DNA of 63,306 nt, filler included, from Nemertoderma westbladi (lineage: Eukaryota; Animalia; Xenacoelomorpha), in the NCBI GenBank assembly GCA_032718475.1. It is 3 parts of 3 records of this genome, joined end to end, with 100 filler letters (N's around TTAATTAATTAA, not from the genome) between each part and the next. Parts side by side here need not be neighbours in the genome. Positions count along the whole stretch, not along the records: positions 46,926 to 63,306 come from JAUCBJ010003866.1; 2 more parts are not named here. The stretch is one strand, 5' to 3'. The first letter of the stretch is position 1. The number at the start of each line of letters is the position of its first letter. The position numbers and the translations under genes were made by a program. The notes under the pieces were generated by a model, which saw only the letters and a program-made list of their open reading frames with translations, was not told the DNA's origin and searched no databases. Positions 63,222 through 63,306 of the stretch are shown piece after piece.

Positions 63222-63306
63222 ATGTATATAACAATATATGGCGCATAGCTATATTGTTTATTATGGTTGCTGGAATTTTTGGTTGTATCAAAATGTAAAG
63301 ATGTAA
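63222..63306 (-). repeat. Inverted copy of 58036-58120, running off the window end
   Basis: 85-bp reverse-complement match. Confidence 0.92.

Overview
Repeat-rich, AT-rich genomic DNA from an invertebrate animal (species not identifiable from sequence alone), made of three contigs joined by artificial 100-bp linkers (N44-TTAATTAATTAA-N44 at 15404-15503 and 46826-46925). Host genes: the last two exons of an enolase-superfamily (mandelate racemase/muconate lactonizing; hydroxyproline-betaine epimerase/cis-3-hydroxyproline dehydratase-like) gene, a predicted three-exon Ser/Pro-rich orphan gene on the minus strand, an intronless UBE2W, a complete three-coding-exon Hv1/HVCN1 proton channel, and a 1.34-kb first coding exon of TOP3A. 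The rest is nested transposon debris (IS3EU, RTE, CRE, CR1/L2, piggyBac, Sola-like, Harbinger-type and foldback MITEs, a Penelope-type minimal hammerhead motif), an unexplained zinc-knuckle ORF and several tandem arrays (12, 21, 27, 47, 61, 68 bp). Most notable: (i) a TSD-bounded, poly(A)-tailed retroposed unit fusing a CRE retrotransposon 3' end to a GPCR TM7/helix-8 fragment; (ii) pervasive TA-anchored micro-insertions (TACTGTA, TAGGCCTA, TACCGGTA) that look like transposon excision footprints and pile up in islands at gene 5' ends; (iii) a tandem repeat built from an exon end plus splice donor. All family assignments are from remembered motifs, not database searches.
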